Position numbers and translations under genes: made by a program. Below are positions 1 to 8,668 of a stretch of 64,000 nucleotides of DNA, piece by piece. The DNA is from Isoptericola halotolerans (GTDB taxonomy: Bacteria; Actinomycetota; Actinomycetes; Actinomycetales; Cellulomonadaceae): positions 1-64,000 of the forward strand of contig NZ_JABEZU010000004.1 of NCBI RefSeq assembly GCF_013149785.1, read 5' to 3'. The notes below the pieces were generated by a model. That model searched no databases and was not told the DNA's origin. It was given only the letters and a program-made list of their open reading frames with translations. Every line of letters starts with the position of its first letter. The stretch's first letter is position 1.

Positions 1-130
1 TCCAGTCCAAAGGAACCAAAAAGGTTCAAAATTTGGCATTGACTATCAAGCACACTGTTGAGTTCTCAAACAACCGACGCACACCATCCAGCACCAGAAC
101 AACCGCTCCGGCCCCATCCGGGGCAACCCC
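1..130 (-). other. rRNA operon leader (the 16S gene would lie left of the window); boxA/processing-stem-like GTTGTTTGAGAACTCAACAG at 55-74
   Basis: AT-rich non-coding stretch; the reverse complement of 55-74 matches the conserved actinobacterial pre-16S leader motif; two strong promoters lie upstream. Confidence 0.75.
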
Positions 131-133
131 TCT

Positions 134-162
134 AACTTAGCAGTTCCGATATCTCCCTGCAA
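134..162 (-). promoter_or_regulatory. rrn proximal promoter TTGCAG-N17-TAAGTT
   Basis: Sigma70-like hexamers read on the minus strand. Confidence 0.65.
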
Positions 163-342
163 ATCGTCCGGATCTGTTTGATCCGTATGATTTCGGTTGA
201 TTCCGAACCCGCCCCACACTATCAGAACGCGCTCGGCGTCCTGATCCAGAAGGATGTGGTTTTCAGCTCCGGCCCGGCCACCGGTACCCAGCCTCGCGGC
301 TGTCTCCTCGGTGTCCGTCGGCCCGTCGGGCTGACTCAGAGA

Positions 343-372
343 ACATTACAGAGGTCGGTCCCCGCGCGTCAA
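343..372 (-). promoter_or_regulatory. rrn distal promoter TTGACG-N18-TAATGT
   Basis: Near-consensus -35 and -10 on the minus strand. Confidence 0.65.
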
Positions 373-451
373 CGCGGAGCGACGTGGCGCGCGCCACTCT
401 CCTGACCTCCCCGTCCGGAGAAGCGCCGGAGCAGCCGCGCGCCCCACGTCC

Positions 452-1957
452 TCAGACGGAGCCGGTAGGAGCAGCGCCGACAGCCAGCCGCCGAGCGTCC
501 TCGAACTCGGCCTCGATGTCCTGCCCGGGCGGCCGCGTCACCAGGCTCACGACGACGGCTGCGACCAGACCCACCGCGAACCCGGGCACGATCTCGTACA
601 GCATGTCCGTCAGGAAGCTCTGCCCCCAGACGAAGGCGACGACGGCACCACCGACCATCCCTGCGAGCGCTCCCCACCGGTTCAACCGGCGCCAGTAGAG
701 GCTCAGGAGGACGATCGGGCCGAACGCGGCGCCGAACCCGGCCCAGGCGAACCCGACCAGGTCGAGGATCGTCGTCGTGCGGTCCGTCGCGATGAGACCG
801 GCGATGAGCGCCACGGCGAGTACCCCCGCTCGGCCGAGCATCACCTGCGTGGTCATCGACAGCTCTCGCTTGGTGGTCATCTTCACGAGGTCCTCCACCA
901 GGGCGGACGACGAGACGATCAGCTGGGAGGAGATCGTGGACATGATCGCCGCCAGCACGGCAGCCAGGACGAGGCCGGCCACGACCGGGTGGAACAAGGT
1001 CTGCGCCAGGAACAGGAAGACCGTCTCCGGGTTCTCCAGCGTCAGCCCGTTGACGTTCATGTAGCCCACGCCGATCAGCCCCGTCATGACGGCCCCGACC
1101 GCGGTGACGATCATCCACGAGATACCGATCCGCCGCCCCACCTTGGCGTCGCTCGGCGAACGCATCGCCATGAACCTCACGATGATGTGCGGCTGCCCGA
1201 AGTATCCGAGGCCCCACGCCAGTGCCGAGATCACACCCGTCACCGACGCGCCGGCGACGAAGGACAGGTGGTCGGCCGCGGCCGAGGTGTCGGCTGCGAG
1301 GATCCCGTCACGCACGACGCTCCAGCCACCCAGGTCGACCACGGCCACGATCGGCACGGCGACCAGCGCCAGGAGCATGAGGATGCCCTGCGCCACGTCT
1401 GTCCACGTGGCGCCCAGGAACCCCCCGAACAGCGTGTAGGCCAGCGTCACGCCGCCGACGACCAGGAGCCCCGTCAGGTAGCTCATCCCGAACGAGCTCT
1501 CGAAGAACGTCCCGCCCGCGACCATGCCGGAGGAGACGTAGAACGTGAAGAACACGAGCACGATCGCGCCGGCGGCGATCCGCAGCAGCCGTGACGTGTC
1601 CTTGAGCCGGTTCTCGAAGAAGCTCGGGATCGTGATCGAGTTGTTCGAGACCTCCGTGTAGGCGCGCAGCCGCGGTGCCACGAACTTCCAGTTGAGCCAG
1701 GCGCCGATCGTCAGTCCGATCGCGATCCACGCCTCCACCAGGCCCGCGACGTAGATGGCGCCGGGCAGGCCCATCAGCAGCCAGCCGGACATGTCTGAGG
1801 CGCCGGCGCTCAGGGCCGCGACACCCGGTCTGAGCCGACGTCCGCCGAGCATGTAGTCGTCGAGGTCGTTCGTCCGCCGGAACGCGGCGTAGCCGATGCC
1901 CAGCATCAGGGCCAGGTAGGCCACGATCGCGATCGTCGTCCAGGTCTGATCGCTCAT
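452..1957 (-). CDS. putP: Sodium/proline symporter
   Basis: SSS-family motifs DDYMLGGR, ALSAGASDMSGWLLMGLPG, WGLGYFGQPHIIVRFMA. Confidence 0.93.
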   Translation of the reverse strand: MSDQTWTTIAIVAYLALMLGIGYAAFRRTNDLDDYMLGGRRLRPGVAALSAGASDMSGWLLMGLPGAIYVAGLVEAWIAIGLTIGAWLNWKFVAPRLRAYTEVSNNSITIPSFFENRLKDTSRLLRIAAGAIVLVFFTFYVSSGMVAGGTFFESSFGMSYLTGLLVVGGVTLAYTLFGGFLGATWTDVAQGILMLLALVAVPIVAVVDLGGWSVVRDGILAADTSAAADHLSFVAGASVTGVISALAWGLGYFGQPHIIVRFMAMRSPSDAKVGRRIGISWMIVTAVGAVMTGLIGVGYMNVNGLTLENPETVFLFLAQTLFHPVVAGLVLAAVLAAIMSTISSQLIVSSSALVEDLVKMTTKRELSMTTQVMLGRAGVLAVALIAGLIATDRTTTILDLVGFAWAGFGAAFGPIVLLSLYWRRLNRWGALAGMVGGAVVAFVWGQSFLTDMLYEIVPGFAVGLVAAVVVSLVTRPPGQDIEAEFEDARRLAVGAAPTGSV

Positions 1958-2134
1958 GCGATCACGCACCTCTCGTCCGTCGTGCAGCGTCTGACCCGCT
2001 CTGCATCCTCGCAGTGCGGGTCGTCCGCCGCATCGCTCGCGCCGGACCGGGGCCAGGCCTGTCTCGTCCGGTCACAGAGATCCTGGCACCGGACATCCTC
2101 GCTGCGGTGTCGCCCTACGGAGTTTCCCACGAGA

Positions 2135-2167
2135 AACGGCCCGATCCTCGACAGGATCGGGCCGTTC
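2135..2167 (-). terminator. Intrinsic terminator after tRNA-Arg
   Basis: Hairpin aacggcccgatcct...aggatcgggccgtt followed by a short U run on the minus strand. Confidence 0.55.
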
Positions 2168-2174
2168 TGGGAAG

Positions 2175-2247
2175 TGCGCCCGGAGGGATTCGAACCCCCA
2201 ACCTTCTGATCCGTAGTCAGATGCTCTATCCGTTGAGCTACGGGCGC
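2175..2247 (-). tRNA. tRNA-Arg(ACG)
   Basis: GCGCCCGTAGCTCAACGGATAGAGC...CTACGGA...GTTCGAATCC...GGGCGCA cloverleaf; CCA not encoded. Confidence 0.96.
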
Positions 2248-2400
2248 ATACCGTCCGATGCTGTCGCACCGGCCGACGAGAACATTACCGTGCTGGCTGC
2301 CGATCCCCAAACCGGGATCGACGATCGTGACCGACACCACGACGGTGGTGTCCACCCGCGACACAGAAAAGGCCCCGGGCGTCGAACACCGGAGCCTTCC

Positions 2401-2492
2401 TGGCGGAGACGGGGGGATTTGAACCCCCGAACGGGTTGCCCCGTTACCACCTTAGCAGGGTGGCGCACTAGACCAGACTATGCGACGTCTCC
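2401..2492 (-). tRNA. tRNA-Ser(GCT)
   Basis: GGAGACG acceptor stem, CTGCTAA anticodon loop, long variable arm, encoded CCA. Confidence 0.96.
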
Positions 2493-2629
2493 TCGCAGCG
2501 GCAGGAGCGAACCTGTGCTGCGCCGACCACAGTACCTGCCGGACGGCCCGCGGGGCAAAAGCCCTCGGGGACACGGCGCTGGTCTCGAGGTCTACCCGGT
2601 CGGCCCGGTGGGCCACCGACCCGGTACGG

Positions 2630-2717
2630 CGGAGGGCGGGGGATTCGAACCCCCGGTGCGGGGTTGCCGCACAACGGTTTTCAAGACCGTCACATTCGGC
2701 CGCTCTGTCAGCCCTCC
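2630..2717 (-). tRNA. tRNA-Ser(TGA)
   Basis: GGAGGGC acceptor stem, CTTGAAA loop, long variable arm, GTTCGAATCC T-loop. Confidence 0.96.
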
Positions 2718-2806
2718 CAGGCCCGGCAGTCTAGCCGGACGGAACATCACCGACGACGGCGCGGTCGGTCGATGGGCAAGCACCGACCGACCGTCGACCA
2801 CCGAGG

Positions 2807-3790
2807 TCAGCTGGGCCCGCCGCCCGTGCGCAACTGTCGCATCGCCAGCTGCACCAGCGAGATGAGCGTCTGCTTGGTCGCCGCCCTCGATCGAGCGTCC
2901 GTGTAGAGCATCGGCACGTGGGCCGGGATCTGAAGTGCCTCGCGCACGTCCTCGAGCCGGTGCTTGGCCACGCCGTCGAAGCAGTTGACCCCCACCACGA
3001 ACGGCACGCCCCGCTGCTCGAAGTAGTCGATCGCCGGGAAGCACTGCTCGAGACGATCCGTGTCGACCAGCACCACGGCACCGATCGCTCCGCGCACCAG
3101 GTCGTCCCACATGAACAGGAAGCGGTCCTGACCAGGGGTGCCGAACAGGTACAACCACAGGTTGCCGGGCAGGGACACCCGGCCGAAGTCCATCGCGACG
3201 GTCGTCGTCGTCTTGCGATCGGTCACGCCGCCGGCGTCGTCGACCCCGACGGAGTGCTCCGTCATCGCCGCCTCCGTGTTGAGCGGCTCGACGTCGGAGA
3301 TGGATCCGATGAAGGTCGTCTTGCCGACGGCGAACCCGCCCGCCACGACGATCTTCGTCACCGTGGGTGCGGTGCTCCCGGACTCGGCAGCGGGGCGCGC
3401 GGCCGGAGCCGGCGCCTGACGGCCACCCTGATCGGCCTGCTGCGAGGTGTGGTCGACCGGAGCTGTCTGCTGTCCCACCGAGGAGCTCGGAGCGGCGGAC
3501 GCGCTGACGCCGTGAGCCTGCGCCGGAGCGGCATGGGACGAGGGTGCCTGGGCCGCCGCGGACTGCGGAGCGCCGGCGGTGTGCGACGCCGCCGTCACAC
3601 CTGCCTCGGTACGCGCGGCACCGCCGAGCACGCTCTGCCGGACCGGTCTGCCGTCGCCCGCACCGCGGAACGGAGAGGGACCACCGGCCGGGGCGCTCAG
3701 CCCGCCGGCGGGCCCGGAGACGGGCGCCCAGCTCGGGGACAGGCTGCCGGACCCGCCGGGCGACGGGCTGTCAGAGGGTGGAAATGCCAT
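2807..3790 (-). CDS. Conservon small GTPase (CvnD/MglA-like) with a long low-complexity N-terminus
   Basis: GGFAVGKTT P-loop, TTTVAMDFG, LFGTPGQDRF; start overlaps the end of the DUF742 gene. Confidence 0.9.
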   Translation of the reverse strand: MAFPPSDSPSPGGSGSLSPSWAPVSGPAGGLSAPAGGPSPFRGAGDGRPVRQSVLGGAARTEAGVTAASHTAGAPQSAAAQAPSSHAAPAQAHGVSASAAPSSSVGQQTAPVDHTSQQADQGGRQAPAPAARPAAESGSTAPTVTKIVVAGGFAVGKTTFIGSISDVEPLNTEAAMTEHSVGVDDAGGVTDRKTTTTVAMDFGRVSLPGNLWLYLFGTPGQDRFLFMWDDLVRGAIGAVVLVDTDRLEQCFPAIDYFEQRGVPFVVGVNCFDGVAKHRLEDVREALQIPAHVPMLYTDARSRAATKQTLISLVQLAMRQLRTGGGPS

Positions 3791-4187
3791 TGAGAACACT
3801 CTCCAAGACGCTCAGGGAAAGCCCCGAGTGGTTGCTGCCGTGGCCCGTGTGGACGTTGACCGGGGCCGAGGTGTGCACGGTGATGTGGCCCTCCTCCTGC
3901 ATGTCCGCCACGAGGATGCGGACAACCCCGAGCGGAAGCTTCAGAAGGGCCGAGAGCTCGGCGATCGACACGTAGGTGTGTGCTGCGTGCTGCAGGATCG
4001 CGCGCTTCTCGGGGGTGAGGCCGAAGCTGCTGACTGCTCCTGGCATGACCTCGACCAGCGCCTCGAGAGGCAGGTCGGACATGGAGGAACGGACGCGGCC
4101 ACCCGTGACCGCGTAGGGACGCACCGTGGAAGCCTCGTAGCCATCCGCGGAGTGCGAGCCCAGGGAACCGAACGGTGCGTGCGTCAT
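3771..4187 (-). CDS. DUF742 protein (CvnC-like)
   Basis: VRPYAVTGGR, SIAELSALLKLPLGVVRILVADM. Confidence 0.9.
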   Translation of the reverse strand: MTHAPFGSLGSHSADGYEASTVRPYAVTGGRVRSSMSDLPLEALVEVMPGAVSSFGLTPEKRAILQHAAHTYVSIAELSALLKLPLGVVRILVADMQEEGHITVHTSAPVNVHTGHGSNHSGLSLSVLESVLNGISTL

Positions 4188-4195
4188 CGTCTACC

Positions 4196-4645
4196 TCATC
4201 CAACCTGCGCTGAGCGCGTCGTGCCGTCGACGGGAAGGCTGCCCCGCATCTCGGAGATGAGCTGCGGCGTGAGCGTCGTCTCGGTGCGCGAGACGAGCAG
4301 CGCCATCTCGTAGCCGATCAGCCCGATGTCGCAGTTCGCCTCGGCGACCACAGCGAGGACCGACCCGTTCGAGACGTTCATCAAGAAGAGGTAGCCGTTG
4401 TCCATCTCGACGATGGACTGCCGCACGTTGCCACCGTTGAGCTGACGCGCGGCGCCACGGGTGAGGCTCGACATGCCCGAGACGATGGCGGCGAGCTGGT
4501 CGCCGCTGGTGCGGTCGAGGTGGTCCGACATGGCCATGAGCAGGCCGTCCGCCGAGACCACCAGCGTGTGGCGGCTGCCGGGGACGGTCCGGACGAAGTT
4601 GTCGAGAAGCCACCCGAAGTTGGTCGCTTCAGTACTGAGGGTCAC
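4196..4645 (-). CDS. Roadblock/LC7 protein (CvnB/MglB-like)
   Basis: WLLDNFV, VVSADGLL, DQLAAIVSG, IGYEMALLV. Confidence 0.92.
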   Translation of the reverse strand: MTLSTEATNFGWLLDNFVRTVPGSRHTLVVSADGLLMAMSDHLDRTSGDQLAAIVSGMSSLTRGAARQLNGGNVRQSIVEMDNGYLFLMNVSNGSVLAVVAEANCDIGLIGYEMALLVSRTETTLTPQLISEMRGSLPVDGTTRSAQVG

Positions 4646-4745
4646 GCTTCCTCCTCGTCAGGTGCGCTGAGTGCGCAGGTCACCGCTGCTGCGGAGACGA
4701 TCCAGGGACATCATTCACGGTCAGGGGGTCATCCGTCGAGGCCCG

Positions 4746-7700
4746 TCACCCGGTTGCCTCGGATCGCCCGCGGGCTGTCGCCGACTGGAATGCCGACAAC
4801 CGCGCGCGCAACTGTTCCGGATCACGGTCGATACGGGCCGTGAAGCGATCCGCCGAGGCGGGTCGATCAGCGGTCCGGCTCCGCCGTGTCAGGCCGTTCG
4901 CGGCCTCCGGAGCCACCGCGGTCGGTCGGTACGTCTGCTCCTCGTTGCTGGTCGTCACGTTCTCTTCCTGGAAGACCCCACGCTGCATGAGCGTGGACAT
5001 CTCCTCGTACAGGACGGCCGAGGCCATCCACTCGGAGCGCGCCTCGACGGTGTCAGGCACGTACTGGGGGTCGAGGGGGTCGGCCTTGGCGTCGCCGGTG
5101 GAACGCAGCGGCAGCACCGACTCCCCGTAGGTCCGCCCGACCGACCGACCGTCGTCCGCCGTGGCGGCGAAGGACGGGGCCGCCGTCGGCCGCTGCTCCG
5201 CAGGAGGCGCGGCGACGGGAGACGGCTCGACCGGCTGCGGGAGGTCATAAGGGACGTCCTCGACCACCGGCGGCCGGTAGGCCACCGGAGCCCGAGGCGC
5301 CTCGGGCTCCGGGGCGAACGGTCGCGGGCCGGCCGTTGCGGGAGAGGCCGACCACTCGTCGACGTCGGCGGTCCGCCGCACCGCCGGCGACTCCGGCGCT
5401 GACGAGGCGGACTCCGACCCGACGGAGAGGGTCGGGGCCGTGAGCGGGTCGACGCCACCGGCCGAACCGACGAGCGGTGCGCCCTGCGCAGGAGAACCGT
5501 TCGTCACCGAGTCCACCGCGGCGGCGGCGGTCTGGTCGACCGCCGGCTTGCGTCCGAACAGACCACGCTTGCGCGAACCCTGCTGCGGGGTCTCCGCCCG
5601 CCGTGTGGGGAGGTCCGACATCAGGTCCTCGAAGGCCGGCAGGCTGGTGAAGCCCTCGTCCTCGGGCGCGTGAGCGGCGTTCGTCGGGACCTCGGTGCGC
5701 GGCTCGGCATCGGCAGCCGCGGGACGGGCAGGCTCGGCGTAGGGCACCGTCGGCCGGGCAGCCTCCGCAGCGGACGGGAAGTGCTGCACCGGCTCGGCAG
5801 CCGGCACCGGCTCGGCGGCCGGCACCGGCGCCCAGGCGTCGGCGACGGACGGCACCTGGACAGGCTCCGGGTCCGCTTCGGACGGGCTCAGGCCCGCCGG
5901 GACGTCGGCAGGGTCGTCCGTGACGGCATCGAGCTGGATCGTGCCCTCGGTGGCCGACTCCTCGAGTCGCTCCATGGAGCGGAAGCTCGAGAACAGCCCG
6001 GTGCGCTGCTCGGGCTCGATCGGCTCGGACGTGGGCTCTTCCAGCAGGGGCAGGGCGCCGGAGTGGGCGCTCGGTTCCGAAGAACCTCCCGCCGACCGCT
6101 GCCGGCTGGGCAGCGAGCCACCCGAGGCCGAGACCTCGGCCGGAGGGCTCCACGACCCGTCGTCCGCGGCAGCCTGAGCGGACTCGTCCATGTGCGGCGT
6201 CGAGAGGGGCGGGAGCACGATCGACTCCGTCGGCGACCCCTCGTCGGCGCGACGTCTGCGGGGCATGCCCGTCGCCGTCGTGCCGTCGGTGAGCGCGTCG
6301 AGGTCGACCGGGGCAGCCGTCGGAGGCTCCGGCTCGCGCAGGCCGAAGGCGGAGCGCGCAGGGGTGTTGTCGGTCGCCCGCGGTCGCGCGTCCGGCATCG
6401 CCATCGAGGACGTGCGGTCCGAGACCGCCGTGGTCTCGTCGGGGAACCGAGCGTCCGGCTCGTGGCGGTGCGACGCACCGGCCGGGCTCGACGCACCGGC
6501 CGGGCTGGAGGCACCGCGCGGGTCGGCGGGCACGGTGGCAGGCACGGCGTCGGCGAAGCCGGTCGGTGCGGGCTCCTGGCCGAACTGGGCGACGGCCTGC
6601 TGCGTCGACGTCGCCAGCGGGTCCGTCGGCTGCGGGAGCGGCATGGCGTCGTCGGACAGGAACAGCTCCGGCGGGAACACCACCGTCGCCGTCGTGCCCT
6701 TGCCGTCCGCGCCGGCGCGGAACTCCACCGCGGCGCGCAGACGGGCGGCAAGACGACCGACCACGAACAGGCCGAGCCGCTGGGCGCCCACCGCGTCGGA
6801 GGCGGTGGTCGAGGCGACCTTGGAGTTCGCCTCGGCGAGCTCGTCCGCCGACATTCCGAGGCCGTGGTCACGCACCGTGACGACCACACCACGCTCGTCG
6901 CGGGTGGTCGACACCTCGACCGGCGTGTGCGGCTCGGAGAACATCGTCGCGTTCTCGAGCAGCTCGGCGATGAGGTGCGCCGCGTTGAGGGCGTTGTGAC
7001 CGAGCATGTGCGGATCGGTGTGGAGGCTGAGGCGCACCCGGTCGTAGAGCTCGATCTCGGAGGACGCCGTGCGGACGACGTCGGAGACCGGCATCGGGTT
7101 GCGCACCCGACGACCGGAGTCGATGCCCGCGAGGACCAGCAGGGACTCGGCGTTGCGGCGCATCCGGGTGGCGAGGTGGTCGAGGCGGAAGAGGTTCGAC
7201 AGCGTGCCGGCGTCCTCCTCGGAGCGCTCGAGCTCGTCGAGGAACGCGAGCTGACGGTTCAGGAGCACCTGGTCGCGACGCGCCACGTTGACGAACATCT
7301 CGGCGATCGAGCCACGGAGCGCGGCCTGCTCTCGAGCGACCTCCATCGTGGTCTCGTTCACCTGGTTGAACGCGTTCGCCAGGCGACCGATCTCGTCGTC
7401 CGACTCGACGGGGATCTGCACCAGGTCGATGTCCGGGGACTGACCGGGGACGGCCATCTGCTCGACCATCTGGGGCAGGCGCTCACGCACGTCCGCCGTG
7501 GCCGTCGTGAGACGGCGCAGCGGCGTGACGATGCGGCGGGCGATGACGAGGGCGATGAGCAGCGACAGGAGCACGACGCCGAACGTGACGGCCAGCGTTC
7601 CGAGCGCCTGGGTCCGGGCGGCGGACGACTCGTCCTGCGCGTAGTCGACCGTCTCGGCGCGGACGTCGTCGCGCACCGGCTGCATCTCGTCGATCCAGGC

Positions 7701-8540
7701 CTGCGACAGCTCGGCCCAGTTCGCGGCGGACCGCTGGTTGAGGTTCGAGAAGTTGACGAACTGGAGCTGGAACCGCAGCTCCTGCAGCTCCTCGCTGTAG
7801 TCGGGCAGCTGGATGCCCAGGCCGAGGCGGTCGACCCGGTCCTGGGCGGCCGCACGCAGGTCGTCGGTGGTGTTCAGGGCCGTGACCATCTGGGCCATCA
7901 GGTCCGCGTTGCGGTCGTCGTCCTCGGCGTCGGCACGTGCCGCGTCGGCCAGCGCCAGCGCCACGACAGGCCGCTCGAAGGTGTTCGCGAGCATGACCTC
8001 GTCCATCGCCACGTAGGCGTTGAGGTGCTCCGCGAGCGACGAGTCCGTGGAGGCCGCGGACAGTGCCCGCGGCACGTCCAGCGCCCGGTCGATCAGCTCG
8101 TCGTACTGCGCCATCGCGGACGCCGCCGTGATCTGCCCGGAGAACACGTCCGTCTGCAAGGCGTCGACGGCCCGACGGTCCTCGATGGTCGAGTTGATGG
8201 CGTCGCGGACGTTGGTGCTCAGCAGGTCGGTGTCCAGGGCGCGCAGCGCGTCGTTGCGGGCGTCGATCGCCTCGTCGGTCTGCTCCTGGGCCTCGGCCAG
8301 CTGTTCCACAGCGCCCTCGACCTCGTTGAGCGCCGCGACCGACAGCGCACGCTCGGCCGCCATCGCGGTGCCGGCCCGGTCCTGCAGCTCGAGGCTGTCC
8401 ACCAGGCCCGACGTCTGGTCGGCCTCGATCGCGTCCTGCAACGCGCCCCACGAGATGTACGTGGCGGCCAGCAGTAGGACGAAGATCGGCACGGCGAGTG
8501 TCGCAAGGATCTTCCCGCGAACGCCCAACCTGCGGAGCAT
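4746..8540 (-). CDS. Conservon sensor histidine kinase (CvnA-like: NIT-like sensor, HAMP, HATPase, long disordered tail)
   Basis: Two TM segments, HAMP (DEIGRLANAFN), DHLATRMRRNAESLLVLAG, ELLENA, DHGLG, GLFVV. Confidence 0.92.
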   Translation of the reverse strand: MLRRLGVRGKILATLAVPIFVLLLAATYISWGALQDAIEADQTSGLVDSLELQDRAGTAMAAERALSVAALNEVEGAVEQLAEAQEQTDEAIDARNDALRALDTDLLSTNVRDAINSTIEDRRAVDALQTDVFSGQITAASAMAQYDELIDRALDVPRALSAASTDSSLAEHLNAYVAMDEVMLANTFERPVVALALADAARADAEDDDRNADLMAQMVTALNTTDDLRAAAQDRVDRLGLGIQLPDYSEELQELRFQLQFVNFSNLNQRSAANWAELSQAWIDEMQPVRDDVRAETVDYAQDESSAARTQALGTLAVTFGVVLLSLLIALVIARRIVTPLRRLTTATADVRERLPQMVEQMAVPGQSPDIDLVQIPVESDDEIGRLANAFNQVNETTMEVAREQAALRGSIAEMFVNVARRDQVLLNRQLAFLDELERSEEDAGTLSNLFRLDHLATRMRRNAESLLVLAGIDSGRRVRNPMPVSDVVRTASSEIELYDRVRLSLHTDPHMLGHNALNAAHLIAELLENATMFSEPHTPVEVSTTRDERGVVVTVRDHGLGMSADELAEANSKVASTTASDAVGAQRLGLFVVGRLAARLRAAVEFRAGADGKGTTATVVFPPELFLSDDAMPLPQPTDPLATSTQQAVAQFGQEPAPTGFADAVPATVPADPRGASSPAGASSPAGASHRHEPDARFPDETTAVSDRTSSMAMPDARPRATDNTPARSAFGLREPEPPTAAPVDLDALTDGTTATGMPRRRRADEGSPTESIVLPPLSTPHMDESAQAAADDGSWSPPAEVSASGGSLPSRQRSAGGSSEPSAHSGALPLLEEPTSEPIEPEQRTGLFSSFRSMERLEESATEGTIQLDAVTDDPADVPAGLSPSEADPEPVQVPSVADAWAPVPAAEPVPAAEPVQHFPSAAEAARPTVPYAEPARPAAADAEPRTEVPTNAAHAPEDEGFTSLPAFEDLMSDLPTRRAETPQQGSRKRGLFGRKPAVDQTAAAAVDSVTNGSPAQGAPLVGSAGGVDPLTAPTLSVGSESASSAPESPAVRRTADVDEWSASPATAGPRPFAPEPEAPRAPVAYRPPVVEDVPYDLPQPVEPSPVAAPPAEQRPTAAPSFAATADDGRSVGRTYGESVLPLRSTGDAKADPLDPQYVPDTVEARSEWMASAVLYEEMSTLMQRGVFQEENVTTSNEEQTYRPTAVAPEAANGLTRRSRTADRPASADRFTARIDRDPEQLRARLSAFQSATARGRSEATG

Positions 8541-8668
8541 GGGGACCTCTCTCCATCACTGATCGTTCGGAGCGCCCGGGAGACGTCCAGCCTCCCGGCT
8601 CCGATGTTCAACGCACCGATGGGAACGCTCTCGTCGCTCGGCACCGCGCGCGAGTAGCCTCCATGACT

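Noticed and set aside
178..405. 75-aa ORF
   Set aside because: Antisense to the rRNA promoter/leader region, with atypical codons.
2175..2717. Possible tRNA-integrated island or prophage
   Set aside because: No integrase, phage genes or duplicated tRNA 3' ends seen in the window.
1954..2906. Small ORFs around 2-2.9 kb
   Set aside because: They overlap three clear tRNA genes and their terminators.
5786..6516. Short tandem repeats as a possible CRISPR array
   Set aside because: In-frame 18-bp coding repeats with no spacers and no cas genes.
5670..8477. 935-aa ORF antisense to the conservon kinase
   Set aside because: Codon-mirror of the real gene; no independent protein features.
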